A stretch of 40,336 bases of DNA, from IMG/VR virus record IMGVR_UViG_643348545_000005, one strand, 5' to 3'. The DNA comes from a virus. Its lineage: Duplodnaviria > Heunggongvirae > Uroviricota > Caudoviricetes. Under the pieces are notes generated by a model that was not told the DNA's origin, searched no databases, and worked only from the letters and a program-made list of their open reading frames with translations. A program made the translations under genes and the position numbers. Shown here one piece after another: positions 28,560 to 37,003 of this stretch (positions are counted from its first letter, which is position 1; every line of letters starts with the position of its first letter).

Positions 28560-28898
28560 TTAGATGACTGGCAGCTCTTCGCCAGCGCCGTAGATAAACA
28601 GAATTCGCTTCATGATTTCGCTTCGCTTGCAGTCCTGGATTACGGACGGCTTTTGTTGCTGTTCAGCCCGCCGCTCCAGCTCCAGTCGTTCCTTTTCCGT
28701 TGGCTTCCGGTAATGCGTTATCTTGTCCGTGTACCCGTCCACAACCAGCAGCCCTTCGCGTACCATCTTTCCGGCGGCCTGATTAATGATGGTCCTTTTC
28801 ACGCCCAGTTTTTCAACCAGCTCTGGCGCGCTGAAGCGTGCGTGCGTTTCCAGGTAGCGTAAAATGATTACCTTTCCGGTCATTCTGGGTGTCTTCAT
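28560..28898 (-). CDS. Hypothetical winged-helix DNA-binding protein (about 112 aa)
   Basis: AGGAG RBS before the ATG at 28898; the FSAPELVEKLGVKRTIINQAAGKMVREGLL segment looks like a winged HTH; ATGA overlap with the upstream gene stop. Confidence 0.45.
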   Translation of the reverse strand: MKTPRMTGKVIILRYLETHARFSAPELVEKLGVKRTIINQAAGKMVREGLLVVDGYTDKITHYRKPTEKERLELERRAEQQQKPSVIQDCKRSEIMKRILFIYGAGEELPVI

Positions 28899-29065
28899 TT
28901 GGCGGCTCCTTCGTTGTTCCGGCGTTCGCGGAGTTCGGTCAGTGCTGCCAGTAAATTTTCCCACCATGTTTCTTCCACAACCGGATTTCGTCGTGAAAGC
29001 AGCTGCTGCGCCGACTCAATCATTTTCGTAAGCTCTTTGTCGCTGATCCTCCTGATGTCGTTCAT
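28895..29065 (-). CDS. Hypothetical small protein (about 56 aa)
   Basis: GGAG RBS 7 nt upstream of the ATG at 29065; translationally coupled to the downstream gene. Confidence 0.4.
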   Translation of the reverse strand: MNDIRRISDKELTKMIESAQQLLSRRNPVVEETWWENLLAALTELRERRNNEGAAK

Positions 29066-29113
29066 GGTGTGCTCCTTCGGTTTGCTGTTTCTGGTCATGT
29101 TCATGGTCTTTTG

Positions 29114-29518
29114 TTACCTGCGTGATTGCCTGCTGGCGGCCGAATGCACATAGCTGACAATTGCCGCTTTTCGGTTAACGACGGCCAGCGTTCTTGCCAG
29201 TTCTTCGTTGAGTTTTCTGGTCTGTTTTTCGTGGTATGCCTGCATGATTTTTCCTACGGGAGTCAGTGGTTCAGGCTCTGATATGGCGCGACGAGGGCGC
29301 ACGGCAACGATGAATGCGCTTCTGTCGGTGTTGGTTCTTGCAGTCAGGATGTCGGTCATGACGGTATCTGTGCTGCGATCGGGGTTTGCGATCGTGATCT
29401 CCAGTTCGTCGCCTGGCTGTGGTCGAACACTGACGCCGCTCAGCGTCAGTGCCGGAATGCGTCCACTCATGATGGCGCTGAAATCATGGTGCTGGAGTAC
29501 ACAATGGAATCGTGTCAT
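29114..29518 (-). CDS. Hypothetical protein (134 aa) translationally coupled to gene A
   Basis: Start overlaps the A stop (ATGA); same position as the small ORF downstream of A in P2. Confidence 0.5.
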   Translation of the reverse strand: MTRFHCVLQHHDFSAIMSGRIPALTLSGVSVRPQPGDELEITIANPDRSTDTVMTDILTARTNTDRSAFIVAVRPRRAISEPEPLTPVGKIMQAYHEKQTRKLNEELARTLAVVNRKAAIVSYVHSAASRQSRR

Positions 29519-32037
29519 GGGTTCACCTCCGGTTGATCTGCTGCCACCAGGCTTCGTGATTTCTCATCCCAGTGCACAATCCGCCCGTCAGGCAGGCGAA
29601 CGCGTGCACCTCTGTGTACGGAAAGTGCTGCGCCACTGTGTAGCTCCTCGCCCGTCGCGCTCAGTGCCGACTTGATTACGGTGGTGGTGACGTCAGTCAG
29701 CGGCAATGCTGTACGCACATGTATGACGTCATCGGGCGTGGTGGGGCCGCCGGTTTTCACGGTTTTTGTGTCAGATGGCGCATCTTTCAGCTGCCTGGTG
29801 AGTTGTTTTCGCTTTGTGGGGGTCAGTGACCTTAACCACTCACCCAAATCACCTCCCGGGACGACCAGTTTTTGTTCTTTCCTGGTTTCCGGTGGTGGGT
29901 TTTTACCCTCTCCGGTGTCTGTTTTTTCATCATGGGGACAGTTATTGCCACGAGTCCAAGGTGCGGCAAAGCCGCACTCAACGTCAAAACCCTCGTCCGT
30001 GCGGTCTTCGTTTTCCGGCTTACGTCTGACCAGTTTCCAGGTGTCCGGGTGGGTGCATATGGTGTGGCGCTCCCCGAGTAACGGGGCGCGGACGCCGTAA
30101 ATGCGCTGCGGGAATTCGCCGTAGTCGTTGGCCTCATCTGCGGTTTCGTATGCGGTGCGGATCAGGTACAGGTTGCGTGGAATGAGCACGCCGCCCTGAC
30201 GGTTGATGTAGGTGGCAAAACACCCCACGTCAGCGGCGGCCAGAATGGCGTCAATGTCGTCATGGTCCAGGCGCTTCGGTGATGCGGGGTTACGCTCCAT
30301 TTGTCCGGCAAGGCGGCGGAGTTCACGCCATACCTGGCGGGGCGGGATACCGAAGAACTGGAACTGCCGGATGCGGTGGAGACTCGCCCAGGCAATGGCG
30401 TTTTCCACGGTTTCCGCCATGGTTTTTCCCGATTCTTTATCGGCGTAAGGTTTGCCGGTTTTCGGGTCATTGTCGTGAAAGGTGCTGGCGTCCAGGTTCT
30501 TGCCAATATAGGTTGCGATGTAGCTTGCCGGTGTGCCTTTTGCCGGGTCGATTTTTTCGCACTTGAAGCGCGGAGAAATATCATTCCCCAGTTCTGCGCG
30601 ATCTGATTTGATTGCTGCGTCACGCATGATTTCAATGATGCGTTCTTCATTGTCCGGGGCGGTGAATACCAGCATGTGCCAGTGCGGTGTGCCGTCATGG
30701 TGTGGCTCAACGGTGCGCACCCCGTACCAGCTCAGGCCTTCTTTGTTGAGTTTTTTTCTTGCAGCTGCAAAGACGTCGTAAACCAGATAATCACTGGCAT
30801 CGCGCACGGTGGCACCGTTGTATTTCGGGTTCAGGCTGCCGTCCTCGTTTACGCTGTGAAAGCGGGAAGGGCAGGTCACTGTCACGAAGAACGCGGAGTC
30901 ACCACGCGATTCGGCGACCTGTTCCATCCCTCTGACGCAGGCCATCATCTCGTTGCGGCGGTTGCGCGGATTCCCCAGCCCTGACCAGTACACGTCCTCC
31001 AGACTCAGGCGTTCACCGTCTTCGTTTTCAATGTCCCAGCTTTTGAGAAAATCACGGGTGCGCTGGCGTTTCTCCCGGAATTCCTGGAGTGACTCATGGC
31101 TGATGTAGGGGGATGCCTTGCGCGATACTCTTCCGGCGGCACGCAGTAATTCCTCCCGCCAGAGATCAGCGAGGTGGCGCAGCTGGTTGTTCCACCAGGT
31201 AGCGCAGGTGATACGCATTACCGCGCCCGGTACCAGTTCAGGGTCTGGTGCCGTGCGGCGGTCACGTCTGATCTCGAGTGACGGCCAGTATGGTGGGTTC
31301 ACGCCCAGTTTTATTGCCATGCGCGCCAGCTGCTGGTAAGTCAGCAACCAGGTAAACAGGTTATCGTCGCCTTTTCCTGTCCGCTCAGTAACTTCATCAC
31401 ATATGCGTTCCAGTTCGGTGGAAAATGCCGCCGCCGTTAGTGTGGCAAGGCGCTGAATTTGATCACGGTTGAGTTGTGGCAGCATGAGTAATTCATCAAG
31501 GCGATGGCGTGCTGCGGTGGCTTTGAATGCCGTCGTGGCGAAGCATTCATTCACCTGTTCGATGCGTTTCAGGCGTGTGCGCAGTCCACGGCGAACAAAG
31601 TTATCAGCCACGTGTGTATTGTTGTTTTTCACGCCTTCATGGCGGGCGCTTTGCTGTTTGCGGTTTAAACGCGTCAGATCACGAATGAGCGCGTTGCCAA
31701 GAAACGAGGGCAGGGCGCGAAGTTCTGCCATGGCTTCCGATACCACCGTGGGCGGATTCTCGCGTTTGTGCCGCGCCAGTTTTTCCAGTCTGATCCGACG
31801 CTCTTCGTTGTGGTGAAGGTGCGAATTAATTCGCTTCCCTTCGTCTGTGGTTGTCAGAAAGGCGACGGTTTCTTCATCCAGTCTGGCATCAATGCGAATG
31901 TCCTCGTTGATGTAGCTCTGAATGGCCTGGCGTAATGCGGTTGGCTGTGCTCTGCCGAACGTTTCAGGATCGATAACCGGTAGCGGGGCGTTCCACGGGT
32001 ACGCCAGTTGTGCGTTATGGTCGCTCATGCGTCGCAC
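29515..32037 (-). CDS. A: Replication initiation endonuclease A (rolling-circle nickase)
   Basis: 840 aa; similarity to the P2 gpA family, including TVTCPSRFH and the active-site tyrosine region YIATYIGKN. Confidence 0.9.
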   Translation of the reverse strand: MRRMSDHNAQLAYPWNAPLPVIDPETFGRAQPTALRQAIQSYINEDIRIDARLDEETVAFLTTTDEGKRINSHLHHNEERRIRLEKLARHKRENPPTVVSEAMAELRALPSFLGNALIRDLTRLNRKQQSARHEGVKNNNTHVADNFVRRGLRTRLKRIEQVNECFATTAFKATAARHRLDELLMLPQLNRDQIQRLATLTAAAFSTELERICDEVTERTGKGDDNLFTWLLTYQQLARMAIKLGVNPPYWPSLEIRRDRRTAPDPELVPGAVMRITCATWWNNQLRHLADLWREELLRAAGRVSRKASPYISHESLQEFREKRQRTRDFLKSWDIENEDGERLSLEDVYWSGLGNPRNRRNEMMACVRGMEQVAESRGDSAFFVTVTCPSRFHSVNEDGSLNPKYNGATVRDASDYLVYDVFAAARKKLNKEGLSWYGVRTVEPHHDGTPHWHMLVFTAPDNEERIIEIMRDAAIKSDRAELGNDISPRFKCEKIDPAKGTPASYIATYIGKNLDASTFHDNDPKTGKPYADKESGKTMAETVENAIAWASLHRIRQFQFFGIPPRQVWRELRRLAGQMERNPASPKRLDHDDIDAILAAADVGCFATYINRQGGVLIPRNLYLIRTAYETADEANDYGEFPQRIYGVRAPLLGERHTICTHPDTWKLVRRKPENEDRTDEGFDVECGFAAPWTRGNNCPHDEKTDTGEGKNPPPETRKEQKLVVPGGDLGEWLRSLTPTKRKQLTRQLKDAPSDTKTVKTGGPTTPDDVIHVRTALPLTDVTTTVIKSALSATGEELHSGAALSVHRGARVRLPDGRIVHWDEKSRSLVAADQPEVNP

Positions 32038-32441
32038 TCCCCGGCAGTTGCCACCTGAAACGCCGCGCGGTACAGCACGAGAAGGCGCTGGTATTCGCCG
32101 ATAAAACCTTCTGCGGTGTATATACCTTTCACGGCCACGCTGTGGGTTGTCATTTCCAGAACCAGCGCCATCTCTGATGACGACCAGCTGATGGCGGTAC
32201 TGTCGGTGCCGTTGATGTGAAATAAACCCAGTCCATCACCATCACCTTTCACGTCCACGCGGTAACGACCGTCCACGGTGAAGGAGAAATCCCCGTATGT
32301 GGTGACGCTGCGGGCAGCCTGTTTACAGGCGCGGCGGTAATAGTCGTGCCAGTTGTTCAGGCGGGAAGCCAGCAGGGGATCCACCGCCCACATCCAGTTA
32401 AAGAAGTCCTGAATATCTGAAAGTCCCTTAACGCTCTTCAT
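32025..32441 (-). CDS. Hypothetical protein (138 aa), overlaps the start of A
   Basis: ORF immediately upstream of A in the same operon. Confidence 0.5.
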   Translation of the reverse strand: MKSVKGLSDIQDFFNWMWAVDPLLASRLNNWHDYYRRACKQAARSVTTYGDFSFTVDGRYRVDVKGDGDGLGLFHINGTDSTAISWSSSEMALVLEMTTHSVAVKGIYTAEGFIGEYQRLLVLYRAAFQVATAGECDA

Positions 32442-32509
32442 GAGAACCTCCGGTAACAGACGTGCGGAAGCCTCCCGCGTGCAGGTGTGGGATAGCTTCC
32501 GGATGTGGT

Positions 32510-32731
32510 TTATCGGTGCTGGTTGATGAGGCTTTGCAGTTCTGCCAGATCTTCGGCGAGATAGCTGAAGACAGCAGCGCAGTAACGGTTTGACAGCGCG
32601 TGCGTGCGCTCATGCAGCATGTTGATATGCATGATTTGTGCGACGCGTGTTGCGCGGAAAAGTCTGCGGTTGATTTCGCTGCGGATGTGAAGACGCTCAG
32701 CGCGGGCGCGCTGTTGCTTGCGGTTTGCCAT
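32510..32731 (-). CDS. Hypothetical protein (73 aa)
   Basis: Small basic ORF upstream of the 138-aa gene. Confidence 0.4.
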   Translation of the reverse strand: MANRKQQRARAERLHIRSEINRRLFRATRVAQIMHINMLHERTHALSNRYCAAVFSYLAEDLAELQSLINQHR

Positions 32732-33069
32732 GGTGTGGCCTCTTTGCTAGTAAGTTGTGAAAACTCACCATCCAGAGCTGCGAAACTGTGGGTGGCGAGA
32801 CGTACGAGGTTCGCAGTACCGGCTAGCAAAGAACCCGGCCCGACCGAAGTCGGCCCCGTACGCCCCGCCATAATTCTGACGCGAAAAAGACGTGGCAATA
32901 CAGTACGCACAAAAAAACCGCTGGCGCGGTTGTGCGCTTTGCTAGTCGGCAGGCTGCGAAACCCGGCACCCGTTTTATGAGGTGCAGCGGAAATGTAACC
33001 CGACACGACGAGCGCTGGCAAGCGGTTTTTGTGTTGCGTGTTGATGTGGTTAGAATGTTGCGAATTAAT

Positions 33070-33089
33070 ATCACCTGGCAACTGGTGAT
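33070..33089. promoter_or_regulatory. Palindromic operator-like site ATCACC-N8-GGTGAT
   Basis: Perfect 6-bp inverted repeat with an 8-bp spacer, 26 bp upstream of the ATG at 33115 and next to -35/-10-like hexamers (TTGATG ... TAATAT). Confidence 0.3.
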
Positions 33090-33114
33090 TGTCTGCATAC
33101 GCGGGGTGTTTCTG

Positions 33115-33579
33115 ATGAGTGATAAGCTCCCTTCTGATTACGAAATTCTTTTTGACCTGTGGTACAGCTACTGGCTTGAACACATGACAAACCTTCTCCA
33201 CCGTCGCGCTTCCTTGGTTCTGAGGATTAGCGCTTTCCTTGCGATTGTTGCCGCATTCATTTTTTGCGACAGCGCAACGTTTGTTTTCGCCAGTGTGGTG
33301 CTCTTTCTGGTGTGGCAGGTCATGGCTGCCTCTCTTTCTATCAGAGCTGAAAAGGCTGAATGGCAGGCGCTTAGCTATCAAAGACTGATTAGCCAGCGCC
33401 ACGTGCTCACCCCGGAATGCATGATTGCGCGCCTCTCCTTTGTTGAGGAAAGTGACAGCCCCGTGATGGAGTGCATGATCAACCTTGCCTGGAATAAAGC
33501 CTGTGAGACGGTTGGTAGCTCTTCGCGCAATCATGTTTCGATCTCCGGTCGGTTACTCAGTCGCCTGTGTGGCTTTTGA
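33115..33579 (+). CDS. Hypothetical 2-TM membrane protein (154 aa), antisense to the early operon
   Basis: ATG at 33115; two hydrophobic helices (LVLRISAFLAIVAAFIFC, FVFASVVLFLVWQVMAASL); its 3-prime end overlaps the convergent DUF4406 gene. Confidence 0.45.
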   Translation: MSDKLPSDYEILFDLWYSYWLEHMTNLLHRRASLVLRISAFLAIVAAFIFCDSATFVFASVVLFLVWQVMAASLSIRAEKAEWQALSYQRLISQRHVLTPECMIARLSFVEESDSPVMECMINLAWNKACETVGSSSRNHVSISGRLLSRLCGF

Positions 33580-33903
33580 TTTGTGAAGCAGCTGCGCGAC
33601 GGTTTCGCCGGCTGCCCGGTTTTCCGGGAATGACACTGGCATGTTCAGTTTGAGTGCCATTACGTACTCCGCCCGCGCGCCAGCTGAATCCACCCAGCCT
33701 TCCAGTAAGTAAATGGCATCGGCACACATGAGCATCGGAATACAAATGCTCATGTACTGCTGCTGGCTTAATCCTTCCGGCAACGTGGCAGGGTTCAGCA
33801 CAACGTGCCCGTCTGCCGCGAGCCTCATCGCCTCTGTGAAAAACGCCGTTCTGTTGTGATCTTTGTATCCGGTCATTGGACCGGCGATATAAATCACTGC
33901 CAT
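33553..33903 (-). CDS. DUF4406 family protein (nucleoside 2-deoxyribosyltransferase-like)
   Basis: IYIAGPMTG N-terminal motif typical of DUF4406 proteins found in P2-like early regions. Confidence 0.55.
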   Translation of the reverse strand: MAVIYIAGPMTGYKDHNRTAFFTEAMRLAADGHVVLNPATLPEGLSQQQYMSICIPMLMCADAIYLLEGWVDSAGARAEYVMALKLNMPVSFPENRAAGETVAQLLHKSKATQATE

Positions 33904-34112
33904 GCTTTACCTCCCGTATTGCGTGTTGCTGTCAGCACGCGTACTTCTTCCATGTTCGTGGCGCAGAAGTGCGAACCGTTGATAAGGCGGATGTGATGCA
34001 TCTCAGAATTGCGTGAGTCCTGGCGTGTCATGCCCTGGTCAATCAGGCTTTCGTCTACCTCGTACTGACGGCCGTTGGCTGTGAACCGGATAACGGTTGA
34101 TTCCTGGATCAT
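33894..34112 (-). CDS. Hypothetical protein (72 aa)
   Basis: ORF overlapping its neighbours within the early operon. Confidence 0.4.
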   Translation of the reverse strand: MIQESTVIRFTANGRQYEVDESLIDQGMTRQDSRNSEMHHIRLINGSHFCATNMEEVRVLTATRNTGGKAWQ

Positions 34113-34345
34113 TGCTGACTCCTTTGCCCGGCAGATTTCTCGTTGAGCTGCTTTTTAAGGGTGGCGATTTCACTTTCCTGATCCTGAATCACCCGGATTG
34201 CTTCCATGGTGATCCTCAGTGAGATTGCTGAAGCGATAACGAGATCTGGTCTTCCAGCAGCTGCGATAACTTTTGCTGCTTCCTCATGTGCACGGGCGAT
34301 GAGACGCAATTCCCGCAAAAGCTCTTTGTTGTTTTCGCTATTCAT
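34109..34345 (-). CDS. Hypothetical protein (78 aa)
   Basis: ORF overlapping its neighbour within the early operon. Confidence 0.4.
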   Translation of the reverse strand: MNSENNKELLRELRLIARAHEEAAKVIAAAGRPDLVIASAISLRITMEAIRVIQDQESEIATLKKQLNEKSAGQRSQQ

Positions 34346-34380
34346 TTCCTGACTCCGGTGTTACTGATTCATCTGTTTAT

Positions 34381-35361
34381 TCACGTACTGGCAGGGGTAA
34401 ACATCACGCTGTAAGTTGCATCTCCCGTTACAGGTCCGCAGTCCGGGCAGTAGCCACCGCCATGGTGACCGCAGGCGTCGCACTGTCTCAGGGTGGCGAT
34501 AACCTCCGGTGCTGATTCCCGGGTTCTTGCGCCAACGCTTCGTGGTGCCTGTATGCAGTTCATCCGGTAACCCCGATAAATGCGTCGTGTTTCCGGTGTG
34601 TCGGAATTGGAGATGGTGATGCTGGTCATGCCGCCCGTTTCCTGTGAAAGGCGGTCAAGCGCTGCCCTCAGACGAACGTGCTCGTCTTCATCGAATGGTT
34701 TTCCGTAGGCGGTAAAATTGTCCCGGCCACTGAATTGCAGGTAAGGGGGATCGCAGTACACGCAAAGCGTGTTGCCCATGCCGAACAGGTGACTGGCAGA
34801 GTTCAGCGTATCCTTAAAATCTGCGTGGATAAGCAGCGTTCGGGTGCTGTTTGCCTTGTCTGCAAATGCGCGGATTTCACGCTCAGGGAAGTAGGGCTTG
34901 CGGTAGCAGCCGAAAGGCACGTTAAAATCGCCTTTTCCGTTCACGCGGAACAAACCGTTAAAGCTGTGCCGGTTCAGGTACAAAAACATGGCGGCCAGTC
35001 GCAGTTCACGGCGGTCGCTTATTCCCGTTCTGCTGTTCAGGAAGGCATGATTCTCTGCGTTAAAGGTTTCGCGAATGATGAGATAGTCACCCCTGTTGTT
35101 GTGGTTCAGGAACAGGGTTTTCGCCTCGTCGATCAGGCTGTCGGTGTTGTCCCTGGCTTGCCGGTAGAAATTAATCAGCGCACCATTGGAATCACCCAGG
35201 ATGTAACGCTTGTAACTGGTGTTCATGAATACCGATGCGCCACCCACAAACGGCTCAACCAGGCAGTCTGCTTCTGGCAGATGCGCCTTCAGTGTGTTCA
35301 TGATGCGACTTTTTCCGCCCACCCATTTAAGCGGCGTGCCGGATAACAGTTCTTTGCTCAT
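34381..35361 (-). CDS. dam: DNA adenine methyltransferase (Dam family, N6-adenine) with a C-terminal Cys4 zinc-ribbon extension
   Basis: LKWVGGK (AdoMet motif I) and DPPY (motif IV) match Dam family signatures; C-terminus CDACGHHGGGYCPDCGP. Confidence 0.8.
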   Translation of the reverse strand: MSKELLSGTPLKWVGGKSRIMNTLKAHLPEADCLVEPFVGGASVFMNTSYKRYILGDSNGALINFYRQARDNTDSLIDEAKTLFLNHNNRGDYLIIRETFNAENHAFLNSRTGISDRRELRLAAMFLYLNRHSFNGLFRVNGKGDFNVPFGCYRKPYFPEREIRAFADKANSTRTLLIHADFKDTLNSASHLFGMGNTLCVYCDPPYLQFSGRDNFTAYGKPFDEDEHVRLRAALDRLSQETGGMTSITISNSDTPETRRIYRGYRMNCIQAPRSVGARTRESAPEVIATLRQCDACGHHGGGYCPDCGPVTGDATYSVMFTPAST

Positions 35362-35585
35362 AACGCGGCCTCTTTGTTATAGGTTTCGTGCGTTAATAAA
35401 TCCCATGACGCCCCGTTGTTTTTGCTCAGCAATCGCCAGCGAAAACCGATTCTTATTACCAGGTAGTCGTGGGGTTTTATGCGTGAAAAATTCCGCACGC
35501 CGTCGCGGAATAAACGCAGCGATGCGCGGGCTTTTCTTTCCACGTTCAGGGGGGGGCAGCAACACACATTCAGGATGGCGACCAT
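35358..35585 (-). CDS. Hypothetical small protein (75 aa)
   Basis: ORF wedged between the exonuclease and dam genes; atypical composition, so low confidence. Confidence 0.25.
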   Translation of the reverse strand: MVAILNVCCCPPLNVERKARASLRLFRDGVRNFSRIKPHDYLVIRIGFRWRLLSKNNGASWDLLTHETYNKEAAL

Positions 35586-35594
35586 GGCTTCACC

Positions 35595-36185
35595 TCATAT
35601 GTTCAGGAATGGTGTTGTGAAGCGCTGCCAGATTTCTGACACGACCTTTGCCTGGTAAACGGCATCGCCCAGTGCAGTGTGAGCAATAGCCTCCTTTCCT
35701 GATCTGCCTGGCATTTTCCATCCAGTTGATTCAGCCATGGCGATAAGCGGGCGCATACAGCGCTCGTTCCAGTAGCACCAGGGGATGCTTTTTTCTCCGG
35801 CTGTGCGTGTTATGGCGGATTTCAGGATCGGGAAATCGAAGGATGCGCCTTTGCACCATATGGTCAGTGAATTGCCCGGGCTTTCGTCATGCATATTGCG
35901 TGAAATGAACGCCAGAAATTCGGTTACTGCCGCAAGCTCTGTTCCCTCTGCGTTGCGCAGGCAGGATCTGGCCTCCACGGATTGTCCGGCCCACCATACA
36001 GCGGTGGCTGCATTGACGGTTCCGCCGTTGCGTTCTGAATCCACCGGGTCGATGAATTTCTCAAACTGCTTGCCCAGCTTTCCGGTGAACGGGTCGAAAA
36101 ACACCGCCCCAATCGCGAATATGGCTGCGCCCGGTCCGTTACCCAGTGTTTCGGTGTCAATCATGAGATGGTTCATTATGCGCAC
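35595..36185 (-). CDS. DEDD-type 3-prime to 5-prime exonuclease (DnaQ-like fold)
   Basis: N-terminal Exo I motif MIDTETLG and overall size typical of phage-encoded DnaQ-like exonucleases. Confidence 0.6.
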   Translation of the reverse strand: MRIMNHLMIDTETLGNGPGAAIFAIGAVFFDPFTGKLGKQFEKFIDPVDSERNGGTVNAATAVWWAGQSVEARSCLRNAEGTELAAVTEFLAFISRNMHDESPGNSLTIWCKGASFDFPILKSAITRTAGEKSIPWCYWNERCMRPLIAMAESTGWKMPGRSGKEAIAHTALGDAVYQAKVVSEIWQRFTTPFLNI

Positions 36186-36406
36186 CCCTTCAGTTCGTCT
36201 GGGTTGGCGAGTATTGCAATCAGTCGTTCAATGGCTGCGCAGGTTTCCTGTGGACAGGTGTGTGTCTCTTTCGCTGTCTCAGTCAGCTCGCGCAGTAATT
36301 CGCAGATATGTGCACGCTCGGCTTTTCTTGCGGCCATGCTGATATGCGCATGATGGTTAGCTGGTCTGGCGGTTATTTCTCTGCCGGGTGATTCGGCTGT
36401 TCTCAT
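36176..36406 (-). CDS. Hypothetical Cys-containing protein (about 76 aa)
   Basis: ATG at 36406 with an AGGAG RBS; the track ORF extends upstream. Confidence 0.4.
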   Translation of the reverse strand: MRTAESPGREITARPANHHAHISMAARKAERAHICELLRELTETAKETHTCPQETCAAIERLIAILANPDELKGCA

Positions 36407-36512
36407 TTGTTGACTCCTGAAAAAAAGACAAAGGGAACCCGAAGGCATGAATGCCTTAATTAATTGCTCGTGTGTTTTCTGGTGTTATTCCGCGCCTGCT
36501 TTCGGCTTCAGG

Positions 36513-36608
36513 TTATTCCCAGATCTTCAGGGCTAACCAGATAAGCGCACTCACCTGAAATATCACCCATACAGTGGCGATGGTGTGTATTGCTTTTACA
36601 TTCTTCAT
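36513..36608 (-). CDS. Candidate small hydrophobic peptide (31 aa)
   Basis: My translation MKNVKAIHTIATVWVIFQVSALIWLALKIWE; below the ORF-track size cut-off. Confidence 0.2.
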   Translation of the reverse strand: MKNVKAIHTIATVWVIFQVSALIWLALKIWE

Positions 36609-36620
36609 AAGGTTTTCGCT

Positions 36621-36746
36621 TTATTTACGGCGTTTATCGCCGGTAAAGAATAATTCGATATCCTTCAGTGTGTAGATAATTCGCATAATGCCGATTGCCA
36701 TAAGCACGGAGATAATCAGAATTACCCATGAAAGAAATATGCTCAT
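36621..36746 (-). CDS. Candidate small membrane peptide (41 aa)
   Basis: My translation MSIFLSWVILIISVLMAIGIMRIIYTLKDIELFFTGDKRRK; start overlaps the stop of the upstream 80-aa ORF. Confidence 0.25.
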   Translation of the reverse strand: MSIFLSWVILIISVLMAIGIMRIIYTLKDIELFFTGDKRRK

Positions 36747-36985
36747 GCGGCTACCCCTGTGAAGTAAGGCTCAACAATTTCACCTTCAAACAGTTCTGTC
36801 ATAATCGACTTTAATTCTTCCAGCGCTTCACGGTCATCGCTGCCCAGTGCGCAGTTGTATAGCCCCATAATTGCGCCGCGCAGTGAGTTACGAAGGCTTT
36901 CATCCTTAGTTACGCCCCGGTTTGCAAGTTCGAAGTGGTAACGCTGCAACGCGTTATTAATAAGTATTTTGTAGGCTTCGATCAT
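36743..36985 (-). CDS. Hypothetical protein (80 aa)
   Basis: ORF in the early operon. Confidence 0.4.
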   Translation of the reverse strand: MIEAYKILINNALQRYHFELANRGVTKDESLRNSLRGAIMGLYNCALGSDDREALEELKSIMTELFEGEIVEPYFTGVAA

Positions 36986-37003
36986 GGCTGAATCCTTTAT
37001 TTA

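Noticed and set aside
28437-28862. Plus-strand ORF (141 aa) to the right of the IS
   Set aside because: Antisense to the RBS-supported winged-helix gene and the SSB-like 5-prime fragment; Leu/Pro-rich translation.
32732-33114. Possible retron msr/msd or other reverse-transcriptase-associated ncRNA, suggested by the inverted repeats flanking a structured region
   Set aside because: No reverse transcriptase gene is adjacent; neighbouring ORFs are 73 aa, 138 aa and a 2-TM membrane protein. Kept only as an unexplained structured region.
33030-33114. LexA (SOS) box upstream of the membrane protein gene
   Set aside because: No CTG-N10-CAG match; the palindrome present is ATCACC-N8-GGTGAT, which does not fit the LexA consensus.
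32428-33534. Minus-strand ORF (368 aa) spanning the non-coding region and the membrane protein gene
   Set aside because: Runs through the structured intergenic region; His/Ser-rich low-complexity translation; better explained by the 73-aa and plus-strand membrane gene calls.
34678-35346. Plus-strand ORF (222 aa) opposite the dam gene
   Set aside because: Antisense to a gene with clear Dam methyltransferase motifs.
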